A DNA stretch of 64,000 nucleotides from contig CADCDA010000004.1 in the NCBI GenBank assembly GCA_902800025.1, forward strand, positions 51,365 to 115,364, read 5' to 3'. Source of the stretch: an uncultured Erysipelotrichaceae bacterium. GTDB lineage: Bacteria; Bacillota_I; Bacilli_A; RFN20; CAG-826. This document shows, one piece after another, positions 8,265-16,832 of the stretch; position 1 is the first letter of the stretch, and every line of letters begins with the position of its first letter. The translations under genes were made by a program, and so were the position numbers. The notes beneath the pieces were generated by a model. It worked only from the letters and a program-made list of their open reading frames with translations. It was not told the origin of the DNA and ran no database searches.

Positions 8265-9218
8265 ATGATTAGATTCACGGTTTCTGAAGATACATTTGTT
8301 GATTATAACGACTCTTTCATAAACGTCGAAAAAGGGTCTCCTATATTTAATTTATTAAAAAGGGAGAAAAAACCTTTTGAGAGTTTTTCGCTTGGTAAAA
8401 AAGAAATCTCATTAAATGACACATTCATTATTAGAACAAATGTCGATGGCGTTGGAAGCGTGTCTTTTGCTCTTCCTTATGAAAATCTTCCTAAATATGA
8501 AATCATCGAAAAAATTAAGGAATTCAAAAAGAGTGACGCCTACGTTGAAACAAGCGAAAAAGATAGATACATAAAAATGATTGAAATCTTAAAAGAATAT
8601 AAGCCTTATTTTGTTGTTTTTAATATAAGAAACGGCGTATATTCCAAGGAAGATATCCAAAAATTAATTAAAGATGAAGGACTAGAATCAATTTATTCTT
8701 TCTTTAACGAAGAAACAGTTGAGGAAGAAGTTAAAGCTCCTGTTGAAGAAAAAAAGCAATCAGATAATTGGTTTATTAATGACCTCCACAATATCGGAAA
8801 GAACAAATATCATTTCATTTTCTTAACCGTTTCAGCATTCTTATTTGGTTTTGCGTTCTCCGTAGGATTCTGTAACGCAAAAATTGGCAAGATGATTGCA
8901 TTATTATTCTTTGTTTGCGCAGGCGTTGGTTTATTCTTAGATACCTATGTCTATTTGGACTTTTTCAAAGAAAAAACTTTTAAAGATCGCTTATTTATTT
9001 ATAGTCTAATCTTTAATATCTTTGGAATGCTTATTGCCTTAGGCACAACAATGATTTTCTACTCAATTGATTCGAGCGAGATAAAAACTGCAGTTAGTTC
9101 AAAACTACTTGTGGGAATAGAAATAGGCGGCACTCTTGCCTCACTAGCGTTCTCAGTAGGAGTTGGATATCTAATCTCCTATTTACAGAAGAAATTCAAA
9201 AAAGCAAAAGTCGAATAA
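8265..9218 (+). CDS. Hypothetical membrane protein (N-terminal soluble domain, four C-terminal TM helices)
   Basis: 317-aa ORF with coding-like composition. No recognisable family motif. Confidence 0.6.
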   Translation: MIRFTVSEDTFVDYNDSFINVEKGSPIFNLLKREKKPFESFSLGKKEISLNDTFIIRTNVDGVGSVSFALPYENLPKYEIIEKIKEFKKSDAYVETSEKDRYIKMIEILKEYKPYFVVFNIRNGVYSKEDIQKLIKDEGLESIYSFFNEETVEEEVKAPVEEKKQSDNWFINDLHNIGKNKYHFIFLTVSAFLFGFAFSVGFCNAKIGKMIALLFFVCAGVGLFLDTYVYLDFFKEKTFKDRLFIYSLIFNIFGMLIALGTTMIFYSIDSSEIKTAVSSKLLVGIEIGGTLASLAFSVGVGYLISYLQKKFKKAKVE

Positions 9219-9247
9219 AAATCCGAGAATTAAATCTCGGTTTTTTA
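9219..9247. terminator. Bidirectional rho-independent terminator
   Basis: Hairpin ccgaga-attaaa-tctcgg (9223-9240) with TTTTTT downstream and an A-run upstream. Confidence 0.65.
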
Positions 9248-10564
9248 ATCTCTTTTAAACAAATCTCTCGTATAGACTTTGTTTTTAACATCGTCTAATA
9301 ATGAATCATATCTATTTGTGATAATAATATCACTCTTATTTTTGAATTCATCTAGTGTCATTTTGTTAGAATCATATATTAATATATGAACATTTCTTTT
9401 TTCTAATTCTTTAATCACATCTTTAATAGCCGCAAACCTCGTATTATCACTACTTGATTTAGCTTGTAATGAATAAACGCCGACAGTGTCCTCTGGTTTA
9501 ATTAATTTTTCAATATCTTTAGCAATATATTCTTTTCTGCTTCTATTACTTTTAGAAATCGAAGATATCAACTCGTTATTTGAAACATCTTTCATTTGAG
9601 TGATAAGTGCTTCTGTGTCTTTAGGAAGACAATAACCGCCATAACCAAACGATGGGTTGTTATAAAAGTTACCAATTCTTGGATCAAGAGAAACTCCAGA
9701 AGTAACAAGTTCGCTTCTTAAGGAAAACTTACTTAAAAGGGAATCCATCTCGTTGAAATACGCGACTCTTAACGCTAAGTAAGCGTTTGAAAATAGTTTA
9801 GTGGCTTCAGCTTCACTTGGACTCATAAAAATAGTTTCTGGCGAATTAAGTGCTTCATTTTCCATGATTGAGGCAAATTGCTTTGCAATTTTGTTATTAT
9901 CACTGCCAATTACGATTCTTGATGGATAAATATTATCAAGTAATGCTTTGCCCTCTCTTAAGAATTCAGGAGAGAAGATAATGTTTGGATCTTTCAACGA
10001 TTCAGTGAAACCGATATAACATGTTGACTTGATAACAATTGTAACTTCTTTGTTAACTTTTCTTATGTCATGAACAGTGTTTATCACATTACTCATATCA
10101 TAAGTTTCATGTTTTTCATCGTAGTCTGTTGGAACCGCTATAATAACAAAATCACTACCACGATAAGCGTCTAAATCGATAGGTGTCGCCCTCAAATTGA
10201 GTTTTTTGGTTTTTAAATATAGTTCAATTTCTTTATCAAAAAAGATTGGTTCTCGATTATTTATTCTTTGGACTTTACGGGTGTCGATATCAGCAACAGT
10301 TACTTGATGATGAGTAGACAAAAGAACAGCAATTGAAAAACCAACATATCCTGCTCCAACCACGGTTATTTTATACTGAGGAACATTCTTACTTGATTTA
10401 GGAACAAACTCACTTAGTTTTTTATAGGCATAAATATATTTATGGGTGCCAATATATGAAGGGTCGTTTTCCACTCTTTTATATGTTCTTAAAGGAATGT
10501 TTGTTAAAAAGGATGCCTTGCTTTGGCTTATTCTCTTTTTGATTCTTAACTCTTTCAAATTCAT
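9245..10564 (-). CDS. ugd: UDP-glucose 6-dehydrogenase (HasB/Cps3D type) with an N-terminal XRE-like HTH domain
   Basis: Rossmann motif KITVVGAGYVG. IIFSPEFLREGKALLDNIYPSRIVIG, the catalytic NNPSFGYGGYCLPKDT and C-terminal NKVYTRDLFKRD match streptococcal UDP-Glc dehydrogenases. About 70 extra N-terminal residues begin MNLKELRIKKRISQSKASFLTNIPLRTYKRVEND (HTH). I set the start at M27 of the ORF (10564) because the M1 start leaves only 11 bp to the divergent gene. Confidence 0.85.
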   Translation of the reverse strand: MNLKELRIKKRISQSKASFLTNIPLRTYKRVENDPSYIGTHKYIYAYKKLSEFVPKSSKNVPQYKITVVGAGYVGFSIAVLLSTHHQVTVADIDTRKVQRINNREPIFFDKEIELYLKTKKLNLRATPIDLDAYRGSDFVIIAVPTDYDEKHETYDMSNVINTVHDIRKVNKEVTIVIKSTCYIGFTESLKDPNIIFSPEFLREGKALLDNIYPSRIVIGSDNNKIAKQFASIMENEALNSPETIFMSPSEAEATKLFSNAYLALRVAYFNEMDSLLSKFSLRSELVTSGVSLDPRIGNFYNNPSFGYGGYCLPKDTEALITQMKDVSNNELISSISKSNRSRKEYIAKDIEKLIKPEDTVGVYSLQAKSSSDNTRFAAIKDVIKELEKRNVHILIYDSNKMTLDEFKNKSDIIITNRYDSLLDDVKNKVYTRDLFKRD

Positions 10565-10583
10565 AACAATATCATACAACAAA

Positions 10584-10600
10584 AGTGCCAAAATGGCACT
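10584..10600. promoter_or_regulatory. Perfect palindrome AGTGCCA-AAA-TGGCACT in the divergent promoter region (candidate operator)
   Basis: 7-bp inverted repeat with a 3-bp spacer, 20-36 bp upstream of the HTH-ugd start and 54-70 bp upstream of the 10654 gene. Confidence 0.3.
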
Positions 10601-10653
10601 ATAAAGATAAAATTGTAATTTGATTTTATCTTCAATAAACATAAAATAGTTAT

Positions 10654-12483
10654 ATGCTTAAAAGATTCAAGCACAGAAAACCAAAAGTATATATTTCTTT
10701 AGGAATATATGTTTTATTAATTTTCGTTATCATTTTTGAATCATGTCTTAATTCGTCGCTAAGTGGAACACATAGTGATTTCTTGGCGAGTTTTTACGCA
10801 TTCTTTATCAATTTATTTAATGGTCCTCAAGCGGTTGAAGTAATTAAGCCTGCTGATGTTTCATTATTTGATGACACAACTGTTTTAGGACAAGACGAAG
10901 ATGGCTATTCAAATATTGTCATTGGAACAACTAGTAGAATTAGACTTGAAGTTAATTACCCAGCAAAGAAAAATCCTGATGATTCTTTTGATGTCGCTTA
11001 TGGTTTTGACTATACAGTTGGTAATCACGATCACTACGACATTAAAAACGTTTCATATAACTTAGTCGACACCAATAAGTACAATTTAGTGTTCTATTTA
11101 GTAGCGATTGAAAAAGGAGACGACATTTATAAGTTTAAAGTGACGTTTGCAGAAAAAGTTACCTACGAGTATTCTTTCCATATCATTGATGTTGCTACCC
11201 CAACAGACTTTGAAGCAAAAGTTGAAAAAAGTAACCTTAAAATAGGTGAAACCACCAGAGTTTTAACAAAGTTAAATGGTGACTCTAGAGGCAACTGGTT
11301 CTTAAATAGATATTACGATATTTCTAAGATTGCTAGATCTTCATCTAATGAAGCTGTTGCCACAATCGATGAAAGTGGTATCATCCATGCATTAAGTAAT
11401 GGTTCCACCACTATTACATATGGTTCTAAGTCATTCAATATCTCTGTTAGTAGTGAACACATTAATATCCCTGTTACAAATACTATTGCTTTATCAAAAG
11501 ATCCTAGCTCAAATGATAATTTGCATTTACTTGATTACGATTATGTGTTTGAAACAAAGAATTATGAAACTGGTGAAAAATACGACCCTAATGAATATTC
11601 AGTTCTTGTCTATTCATCCTTTAGTGATGATACATTAGGAGATAAATCAGTTAGCTGGTCACTTGATAGTGACATGAAAGGGAAAATATCACCATACAAG
11701 TATGACGAGCAAGGATTCCCAATTTATAAAGACGACTTAGGAAGAGAATGTATCAGAGTCAGTGGATATCGTGAAGAAGGAAGCTTAACTTTAACGTGTG
11801 TTTCTAATGTCGATAATTCAATCACCAATTCACTAGTGTTAACAATATCCGAAGCGTACGCTGCATCGATGGAAGTAAACGTTAAAGATGGTTTTGAAAT
11901 TATGCTTGGTGATCAAAAAACAATCAATGCTTCGTTTAGTCCAGTAAATACATTTAACTCTGCGATTAATGTAACTTGTTCTACTCCTATAGCGGTTACA
12001 ATCACTGGTAATAATTCTTCTTTAGTAACAATTAAAGCTCTTAAAGAAGGGAATTACACATTAACTGTTAAATCGTTATCAAACGATTCATTAGTGAAGA
12101 CTATTAATTTTAAAATTACCGCGAAACAAGTTATTAATGAAAAGAACTTTGGCAACTTTGCCTCATTTATGAGAAAGGCCGCTGGTCATATGGGATTGTT
12201 CTTAGTGACCGCAATATCTGGATTTGTTTTCTTCTACTTCTTCTTAGAAGATAGTAAGCACAGATTCTTATTAGCAGTACTATTGACGCTAGGCGTTGGC
12301 ATCTTACTAGCGGGCATAAGTGAATTTATTCAATACTTCGTCCCATCTAGAAGCGGAGAAATTGCTGACGTTGGAATCGATACAATAGGAACAGTTCTCG
12401 GTATTGGTTTATCATCACTAGTAACCGCAATCATTCTTTGGATAAAAAAGAAAAAAGAAAACAAAAATAAGAAGGAAGAGTAA
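10654..12483 (+). CDS. Membrane protein with extracellular Ig-like (Big_2-type) domains and a C-terminal VanZ-like domain
   Basis: 609 aa. N-terminal signal-anchor, Big_2-like segments (ATIDESGIIHALSNGSTTITY; VTIKALKEGNYTLTV), and a C-terminal 4-TM region with GHMGLF...SEFIQYFVPSRSGEIADVGIDTIG typical of VanZ. Confidence 0.7.
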   Translation: MLKRFKHRKPKVYISLGIYVLLIFVIIFESCLNSSLSGTHSDFLASFYAFFINLFNGPQAVEVIKPADVSLFDDTTVLGQDEDGYSNIVIGTTSRIRLEVNYPAKKNPDDSFDVAYGFDYTVGNHDHYDIKNVSYNLVDTNKYNLVFYLVAIEKGDDIYKFKVTFAEKVTYEYSFHIIDVATPTDFEAKVEKSNLKIGETTRVLTKLNGDSRGNWFLNRYYDISKIARSSSNEAVATIDESGIIHALSNGSTTITYGSKSFNISVSSEHINIPVTNTIALSKDPSSNDNLHLLDYDYVFETKNYETGEKYDPNEYSVLVYSSFSDDTLGDKSVSWSLDSDMKGKISPYKYDEQGFPIYKDDLGRECIRVSGYREEGSLTLTCVSNVDNSITNSLVLTISEAYAASMEVNVKDGFEIMLGDQKTINASFSPVNTFNSAINVTCSTPIAVTITGNNSSLVTIKALKEGNYTLTVKSLSNDSLVKTINFKITAKQVINEKNFGNFASFMRKAAGHMGLFLVTAISGFVFFYFFLEDSKHRFLLAVLLTLGVGILLAGISEFIQYFVPSRSGEIADVGIDTIGTVLGIGLSSLVTAIILWIKKKKENKNKKEE

Positions 12484-12493
12484 TTCCTTCTTT
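12469..12493. terminator. Bidirectional terminator between convergent genes
   Basis: Hairpin gaaggaa-gagtaa-ttccttc followed by TTTTT. The reverse strand reads stem then TTATTTTT. Confidence 0.5.
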
Positions 12494-12518
12494 TTAATTG
12501 TAAAAAGAAAAGCAGAGA

Positions 12519-13619
12519 TTATTTCTCTACTTCTTCTCGATATGTGTCGTGAGTTTCTGGGTTATAGATTTCAGAAATCCACATTATCGTGTGACTGTTT
12601 TCTTTTCCGATATTAGTGATTTGATGAGTGTAACCAACCCTAATATCTACTGGATGAGGATGTTTTCCATCAACAACATCAACAATCATTTTATTTGTTT
12701 TAATATCTCTTTGTTTAATCTCACAATTACCAATCACTGTGTAGAAAATTTCTTTCTTATATGTGTGGTAGTGACCGCCTTTTGTAATTCCTGGGAAAGA
12801 GACGTTATCACTAATTTGTCCCCATTTCTTCGACTTATATAATTCTTCAAAGCTTCCTCTATTATCTGTCGCATAATTGAATGAATATCCTTCGTCAGAC
12901 AAATAATCACAGAAAGTTTTAAATAGTTTAAGTTCAAACTCGTCGTGGAGAAGTGGAAGGTGTCTTTCACTTTCAATTTCGCCCTTGAAATAATATAAGA
13001 GGTCCGCTAAACGTCCTAAAGAACAATCGTGTGTTGGACTAACATATAAGACTTCTTTAGAACCTTTATGTTCTTTAAGTTCTATTACTCTTAAGAATTC
13101 CTCAACAATGTCATCAACATAATTGAAGTGGACAACATATTCTCTATCTCTAATTTGAATTTCAAGGTTGTGCGCGATGTTATAGCAGAATGTCGCACAT
13201 GCAGAGTTATAATTTGGTCTACACCATTTGCCAAACGCATTAGCGAGTCTATAAATATAGACTGGTAAACCTGAGGCAAATAAGTAATCTTCGCCCATTT
13301 TCTTAGACTTACCATAATCATTATCTAAGCTGGCTTGAATTGAGCTAGACATAATAATTGGGGTTGCTTTACCACTTGATTTAATAAGATCCACTACTTT
13401 TTTAGTGAAATTAGTGTTTCCGTCATAGAATTCTTCAGGAGTTAATGGTCTATTAATTCCTGCAAGGTGAACCACAAAGTCACATTTAGAAATGTATTCT
13501 TTGAGCTCATCTTCGGTTGAGCCTAAATCATACCCGTATACTTCGTGTCCTCTTCTATTAAGAAGCTGGCACATGTGTTTGCCAATAAAACCGTTTGATC
13601 CGGTAACTAATGCTTTCAT
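12519..13619 (-). CDS. CapF/FnlB-like bifunctional SDR-cupin enzyme (UDP-L-FucNAc pathway reductase/epimerase)
   Basis: 366 aa. N-terminal SDR (MKALVTGSNGFIGKH) and a C-terminal cupin-like beta domain (GITKGGHYHTYKKE). The size and architecture match Cap5F, and the gene lies in an operon with CapE- and CapG-like genes. Confidence 0.7.
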   Translation of the reverse strand: MKALVTGSNGFIGKHMCQLLNRRGHEVYGYDLGSTEDELKEYISKCDFVVHLAGINRPLTPEEFYDGNTNFTKKVVDLIKSSGKATPIIMSSSIQASLDNDYGKSKKMGEDYLFASGLPVYIYRLANAFGKWCRPNYNSACATFCYNIAHNLEIQIRDREYVVHFNYVDDIVEEFLRVIELKEHKGSKEVLYVSPTHDCSLGRLADLLYYFKGEIESERHLPLLHDEFELKLFKTFCDYLSDEGYSFNYATDNRGSFEELYKSKKWGQISDNVSFPGITKGGHYHTYKKEIFYTVIGNCEIKQRDIKTNKMIVDVVDGKHPHPVDIRVGYTHQITNIGKENSHTIMWISEIYNPETHDTYREEVEK

Positions 13620-13622
13620 GAT

Positions 13623-14771
13623 TTAGTACTTTCTCCACACCATTTTGTTAACAACACCTGTGTAGGATTGAATGAGTTTAACCACTTTGTCTGATACATT
13701 AGTATCAGTGTAGTCGTCAACCGGCTTGCATCCGCTCTTATTAAGGACTGCGACTTCGACTGCTTGGAGTAAGTTTTTAGTGTCGATTCCTGCTAAAACG
13801 AAGCACGCTGCATCAAGAGCTTCTGGTCTTTCGGTAGATGTTCTAATGCAAACCGCTGCGATTGGTGAACCAATGCTCGCGTAGAAACTACTTTCTTCTG
13901 GAAGAGTTCCGCTATCACTAACTACACAGTAGGCATTCATTTGTAAGTTGTTATAATCATGGAAGCCTAATGGCTCGTGCATTACAACGCGTTTATCAAG
14001 TTTGAAACCAGTTTGTTCAAGTTTCTTTTTGCTTCTTGGGTGGCAGCTATAAAGAATTGGCATATCATAGATTTCTGCTAATTTATTAATCGCGTTAAAT
14101 AAGGAGTAGAAGTTTTGATCAGTGTCGATATTTTCTTCTCTATGTGCGCTAAGCAAGATATATTTGCCTTTTTTAAGTCCTAAACGCGCAAGAACGTCAC
14201 TTTTTTTAATATTATCGAGGTTGTTTGTGAGGACTTCTGCCATTGGTGAACCAGTGACATAAGTTCTTTCTTTTGGTAATCCACAATCAGCAAGATATCT
14301 TCTTGCGTGTTCACTATATGCGAGGTTGACATCAGATATGATATCAACGATTCTTCTATTTGTTTCTTCTGGTAAGCATTCATCTTTACATCTATTACCA
14401 GCTTCCATATGGAAGATTGGAATGTGAAGACGCTTTGCTCCGATGACACTTAAACAACTATTTGTGTCTCCTAAGACTAAAACGGCATCTGGTTTTAATT
14501 CCACCATCGCTTCATATGATTTAGCGATAATGTTTCCCATGGTTTCTCCTAAATCTTTACCGACAGCGTCTAAGTAAAGGTCTGGATCTTTGATACCTAA
14601 GTCTTTGAAAAAGACTCCATTGAGGTTATAGTCATAGTTTTGTCCAGTATGGACAAGAATGGTGTCGAAATACTCACGGCATTTATTAATAACTGCAGCA
14701 AGTCTAATGATTTCTGGTCTAGTGCCAACGATAATCATTAATTTGAGTTTTCCATTATCTTTGAATGACAT
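13623..14771 (-). CDS. UDP-N-acetylglucosamine 2-epimerase, non-hydrolysing (CapG/FnlC-like)
   Basis: 382 aa. Contains LMIIVGTRPEIIRLA, VLVLGDTNS, HMEAGNR, SAHREEN and VVSDSGTLPEE, typical of the WecB/Epimerase_2 family. Confidence 0.85.
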   Translation of the reverse strand: MSFKDNGKLKLMIIVGTRPEIIRLAAVINKCREYFDTILVHTGQNYDYNLNGVFFKDLGIKDPDLYLDAVGKDLGETMGNIIAKSYEAMVELKPDAVLVLGDTNSCLSVIGAKRLHIPIFHMEAGNRCKDECLPEETNRRIVDIISDVNLAYSEHARRYLADCGLPKERTYVTGSPMAEVLTNNLDNIKKSDVLARLGLKKGKYILLSAHREENIDTDQNFYSLFNAINKLAEIYDMPILYSCHPRSKKKLEQTGFKLDKRVVMHEPLGFHDYNNLQMNAYCVVSDSGTLPEESSFYASIGSPIAAVCIRTSTERPEALDAACFVLAGIDTKNLLQAVEVAVLNKSGCKPVDDYTDTNVSDKVVKLIQSYTGVVNKMVWRKY

Positions 14772-14787
14772 GTTGGATACCTCCTAA

Positions 14788-15981
14788 TTATTCGTGTTGT
14801 CTAACAGGTCCGCCGAAAAGTTCGAGTTTTTTAAGTAACTTTTTCATTCCTTCAACATCGAGTCTTCCGGTGTTGTGGGATGTATAGCTTTCACCTAAGT
14901 TTAACTTTTTATTTCCTTTAGAGAAATATTTATCGTAGTTAAGATCTCTATTATCTGCTTTGACACAGAAGAAGTTGCCCATATCGACAGACTTTAACAT
15001 TTCTTCTTGAGTAACTAATGTCTCATAGAGTTTTTCACCGTGTCTAGTGCCGATATATGTGATTCCAGTCTTACTACCAGTTAATTCAATGACTGCTTTA
15101 GCAAGGGTTTCAATTGTTGCCGCTGGTGCTTTTTGGACGAATAAGTCGCCTTGTTCACCGTGCTCGAAAGCATATAAGACAAGATCAACAGCGTCATCTA
15201 AAGTCATCATAAATCTTGTCATATCTGGATTTGTGATAGTAATTGGCTTACCTTCATGAATTTGATTCAAGAATAGAGGAATGACACTTCCACGGCTTGC
15301 CATAACATTTCCGTATCTAGTTAAACAGAGTACTGTATCGCCTGGTAGTAATTGTCTACTTCTAGCAATAACGTTCTTTTCCATTAACGCTTTAGAAATA
15401 CCCATCGCGTTAATTGGGTAAGCAGCCTTATCTGTAGATAAGAAGATGGCTTTTTTTACTCCGTTACGGACACAGGCAGTAATAACGTTATCACTACCGA
15501 TAACATTGGTTCTTACTGCTTCCATTGGGTAGAATTCACAAGAAGGAACTTGTTTTAAAGCAGCAGCAGAGAAAACATAATCAACACCTTTAAAGGCATC
15601 AATAATTGAATCAAGGTTTCTAACATCACCAATATAGAATTTGAGTTTGGAGTTATTATAGGCCTTTCTCATATCATCTTGTTTCTTTTCATCACGAGAC
15701 AAGATTCTAATTTCTTTAATTTCTGTATCTAAGAAACGATCAACAACTGCGTGACCAAAGCTTCCAGTACCACCAGTGATAAGTAACACTTTATCTTTTA
15801 AGATAGAAGTATCTTTAGCAGCGTATTCCATCAAACGGTCTTTAATACCTTCTAATTTGATTTGATCAGAGCTCGCTTCGTTTGTTTCGTAGCTAACATA
15901 AGTTCTAAGTGGCATGCCAACAATATCGGCTGCACCTTTTTGAGTTAAATTGCAATTTTTGCGTAATTCTTTTAGTGTCAT
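14788..15981 (-). CDS. CapE/FnlA-like UDP-GlcNAc 4,6-dehydratase/5-epimerase with an N-terminal XRE-like HTH domain
   Basis: VLLITGGTGSFGHA and the Polysacc_synt_2-type SDR body. About 55 extra N-terminal residues read MTLKELRKNCNLTQKGAADIVGMPLRTYVSYETNE. I set the start at 15981 (GAAAGAGG SD 6 nt upstream) rather than the ORF-track 16002. Confidence 0.8.
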   Translation of the reverse strand: MTLKELRKNCNLTQKGAADIVGMPLRTYVSYETNEASSDQIKLEGIKDRLMEYAAKDTSILKDKVLLITGGTGSFGHAVVDRFLDTEIKEIRILSRDEKKQDDMRKAYNNSKLKFYIGDVRNLDSIIDAFKGVDYVFSAAALKQVPSCEFYPMEAVRTNVIGSDNVITACVRNGVKKAIFLSTDKAAYPINAMGISKALMEKNVIARSRQLLPGDTVLCLTRYGNVMASRGSVIPLFLNQIHEGKPITITNPDMTRFMMTLDDAVDLVLYAFEHGEQGDLFVQKAPAATIETLAKAVIELTGSKTGITYIGTRHGEKLYETLVTQEEMLKSVDMGNFFCVKADNRDLNYDKYFSKGNKKLNLGESYTSHNTGRLDVEGMKKLLKKLELFGGPVRQHE

Positions 15982-16032
15982 ATTTGCACCTCTTTCACAC
16001 ATATTATATATATTTAATAAGATAAGTAAAAG

Positions 16033-16051
16033 AAAAAATGCAAATTTTGCA
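16033..16051 (-). terminator. Weak terminator of the FNT-like gene; also the palindrome TGCAAA-A-TTTGCA upstream of the HTH-capE-like operon
   Basis: The minus strand reads GTGCAAAATTTGCATTTTTT. The 6-bp AT-rich stem is followed by a T-run, about 60 bp upstream of the 15981 start. Confidence 0.4.
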
Positions 16052-16077
16052 CTTTTCTATATATTTTACGCATGTTA

Positions 16078-16755
16078 TTATTGCTGATTTGGTTTGGTAA
16101 AGACCTTAAACAAAAGAACACCAAAGATAGGCCCAATCGAATTAAATAGGATGCAAAACGCTAAATTGATGAATGTATATCCAGTTATATGATTAGCGAA
16201 TCCGAAATAGAACATATTTGCGATACAGTGTTGGAAGCCTGAATACACAAATACGAAAACAAAGAAAACTAATAACAGTATTCCAATTGGTTTTAATCGA
16301 TTAAGCGCGAAGGACTTAACTGCGAGATAAACGCATAGTCCACATAATATGGATTTAACAATACATGATAAATAATCAGCAAATGTAAATAATGTCGCTC
16401 TTCCAGTAGCAACACCACTAATTGTGGTCATTAATTCTACATTGTTTTGGAAGATCGCCCAGCAGATAAACCCTAAAGAAAACGCTCCAATTGCGTTTCC
16501 AACTAGCATAACAGGGAGAGAAATATAAAATTCTTTGGTTTGTTTTCCTTCAAAGATATTTCCAATTTTTCCCGTATAGAGGCTGAGTTTAAATGTACAA
16601 ACAAGGAATAGACCTACCGCAAAAAGAAGTGAGCCTAATACTTTGCCACCTTCACCAGGAACATAAGTAATCATTAGGATATATAAAAATCCACCTAACC
16701 CGATAGCGAGTCCTGCTAATATTCCTTTTAAAAAATTGAGTAATTGGAACTTCAT
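16078..16755 (-). CDS. Formate/nitrite transporter (FNT) family-like membrane protein, short form
   Basis: 225 aa with 6 TM segments. GILAGLAIGLGG, LFAVGLFLVC...LYTG and GFQHCIANMFYF resemble the FNT signature regions. Confidence 0.5.
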   Translation of the reverse strand: MKFQLLNFLKGILAGLAIGLGGFLYILMITYVPGEGGKVLGSLLFAVGLFLVCTFKLSLYTGKIGNIFEGKQTKEFYISLPVMLVGNAIGAFSLGFICWAIFQNNVELMTTISGVATGRATLFTFADYLSCIVKSILCGLCVYLAVKSFALNRLKPIGILLLVFFVFVFVYSGFQHCIANMFYFGFANHITGYTFINLAFCILFNSIGPIFGVLLFKVFTKPNQQ

Positions 16756-16780
16756 TAAATTGATTATATAACAATTATTA

Positions 16781-16813
16781 TAAAATAAAACTCCCTCATT
16801 TTACTGAAGGAGT
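16781..16813 (-). terminator. Rho-independent terminator after serS
   Basis: Minus-strand hairpin actccttc-agtaaaat-gagggagt (one G-U pair) followed by TTTTATTTT. Confidence 0.6.
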
Positions 16814-16832
16814 AATTATTTAAATAAGAGTC

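Noticed and set aside
10570-10600. Sigma-54-like element TGGCAC-N5-TTGTA on the minus strand upstream of ugd. The 9-mer TTTTGGCAC also recurs near 24282 and 56516.
   Set aside because: The -12 element lacks the essential GC (TTGTA, not TTGCA). The other two TGGCAC copies have no -12 element and sit in terminator hairpins. No sigma-54 or enhancer-binding-protein gene is visible. The threefold recurrence may still deserve a genome-wide count.
10565-10642. Longer ugd ORF start (M1 at 10642), which would add a TM-like N-terminus.
   Set aside because: It would leave only 11 bp to the divergently transcribed gene and would place both promoters inside coding sequence. The HTH domain begins exactly at the internal Met (10564).
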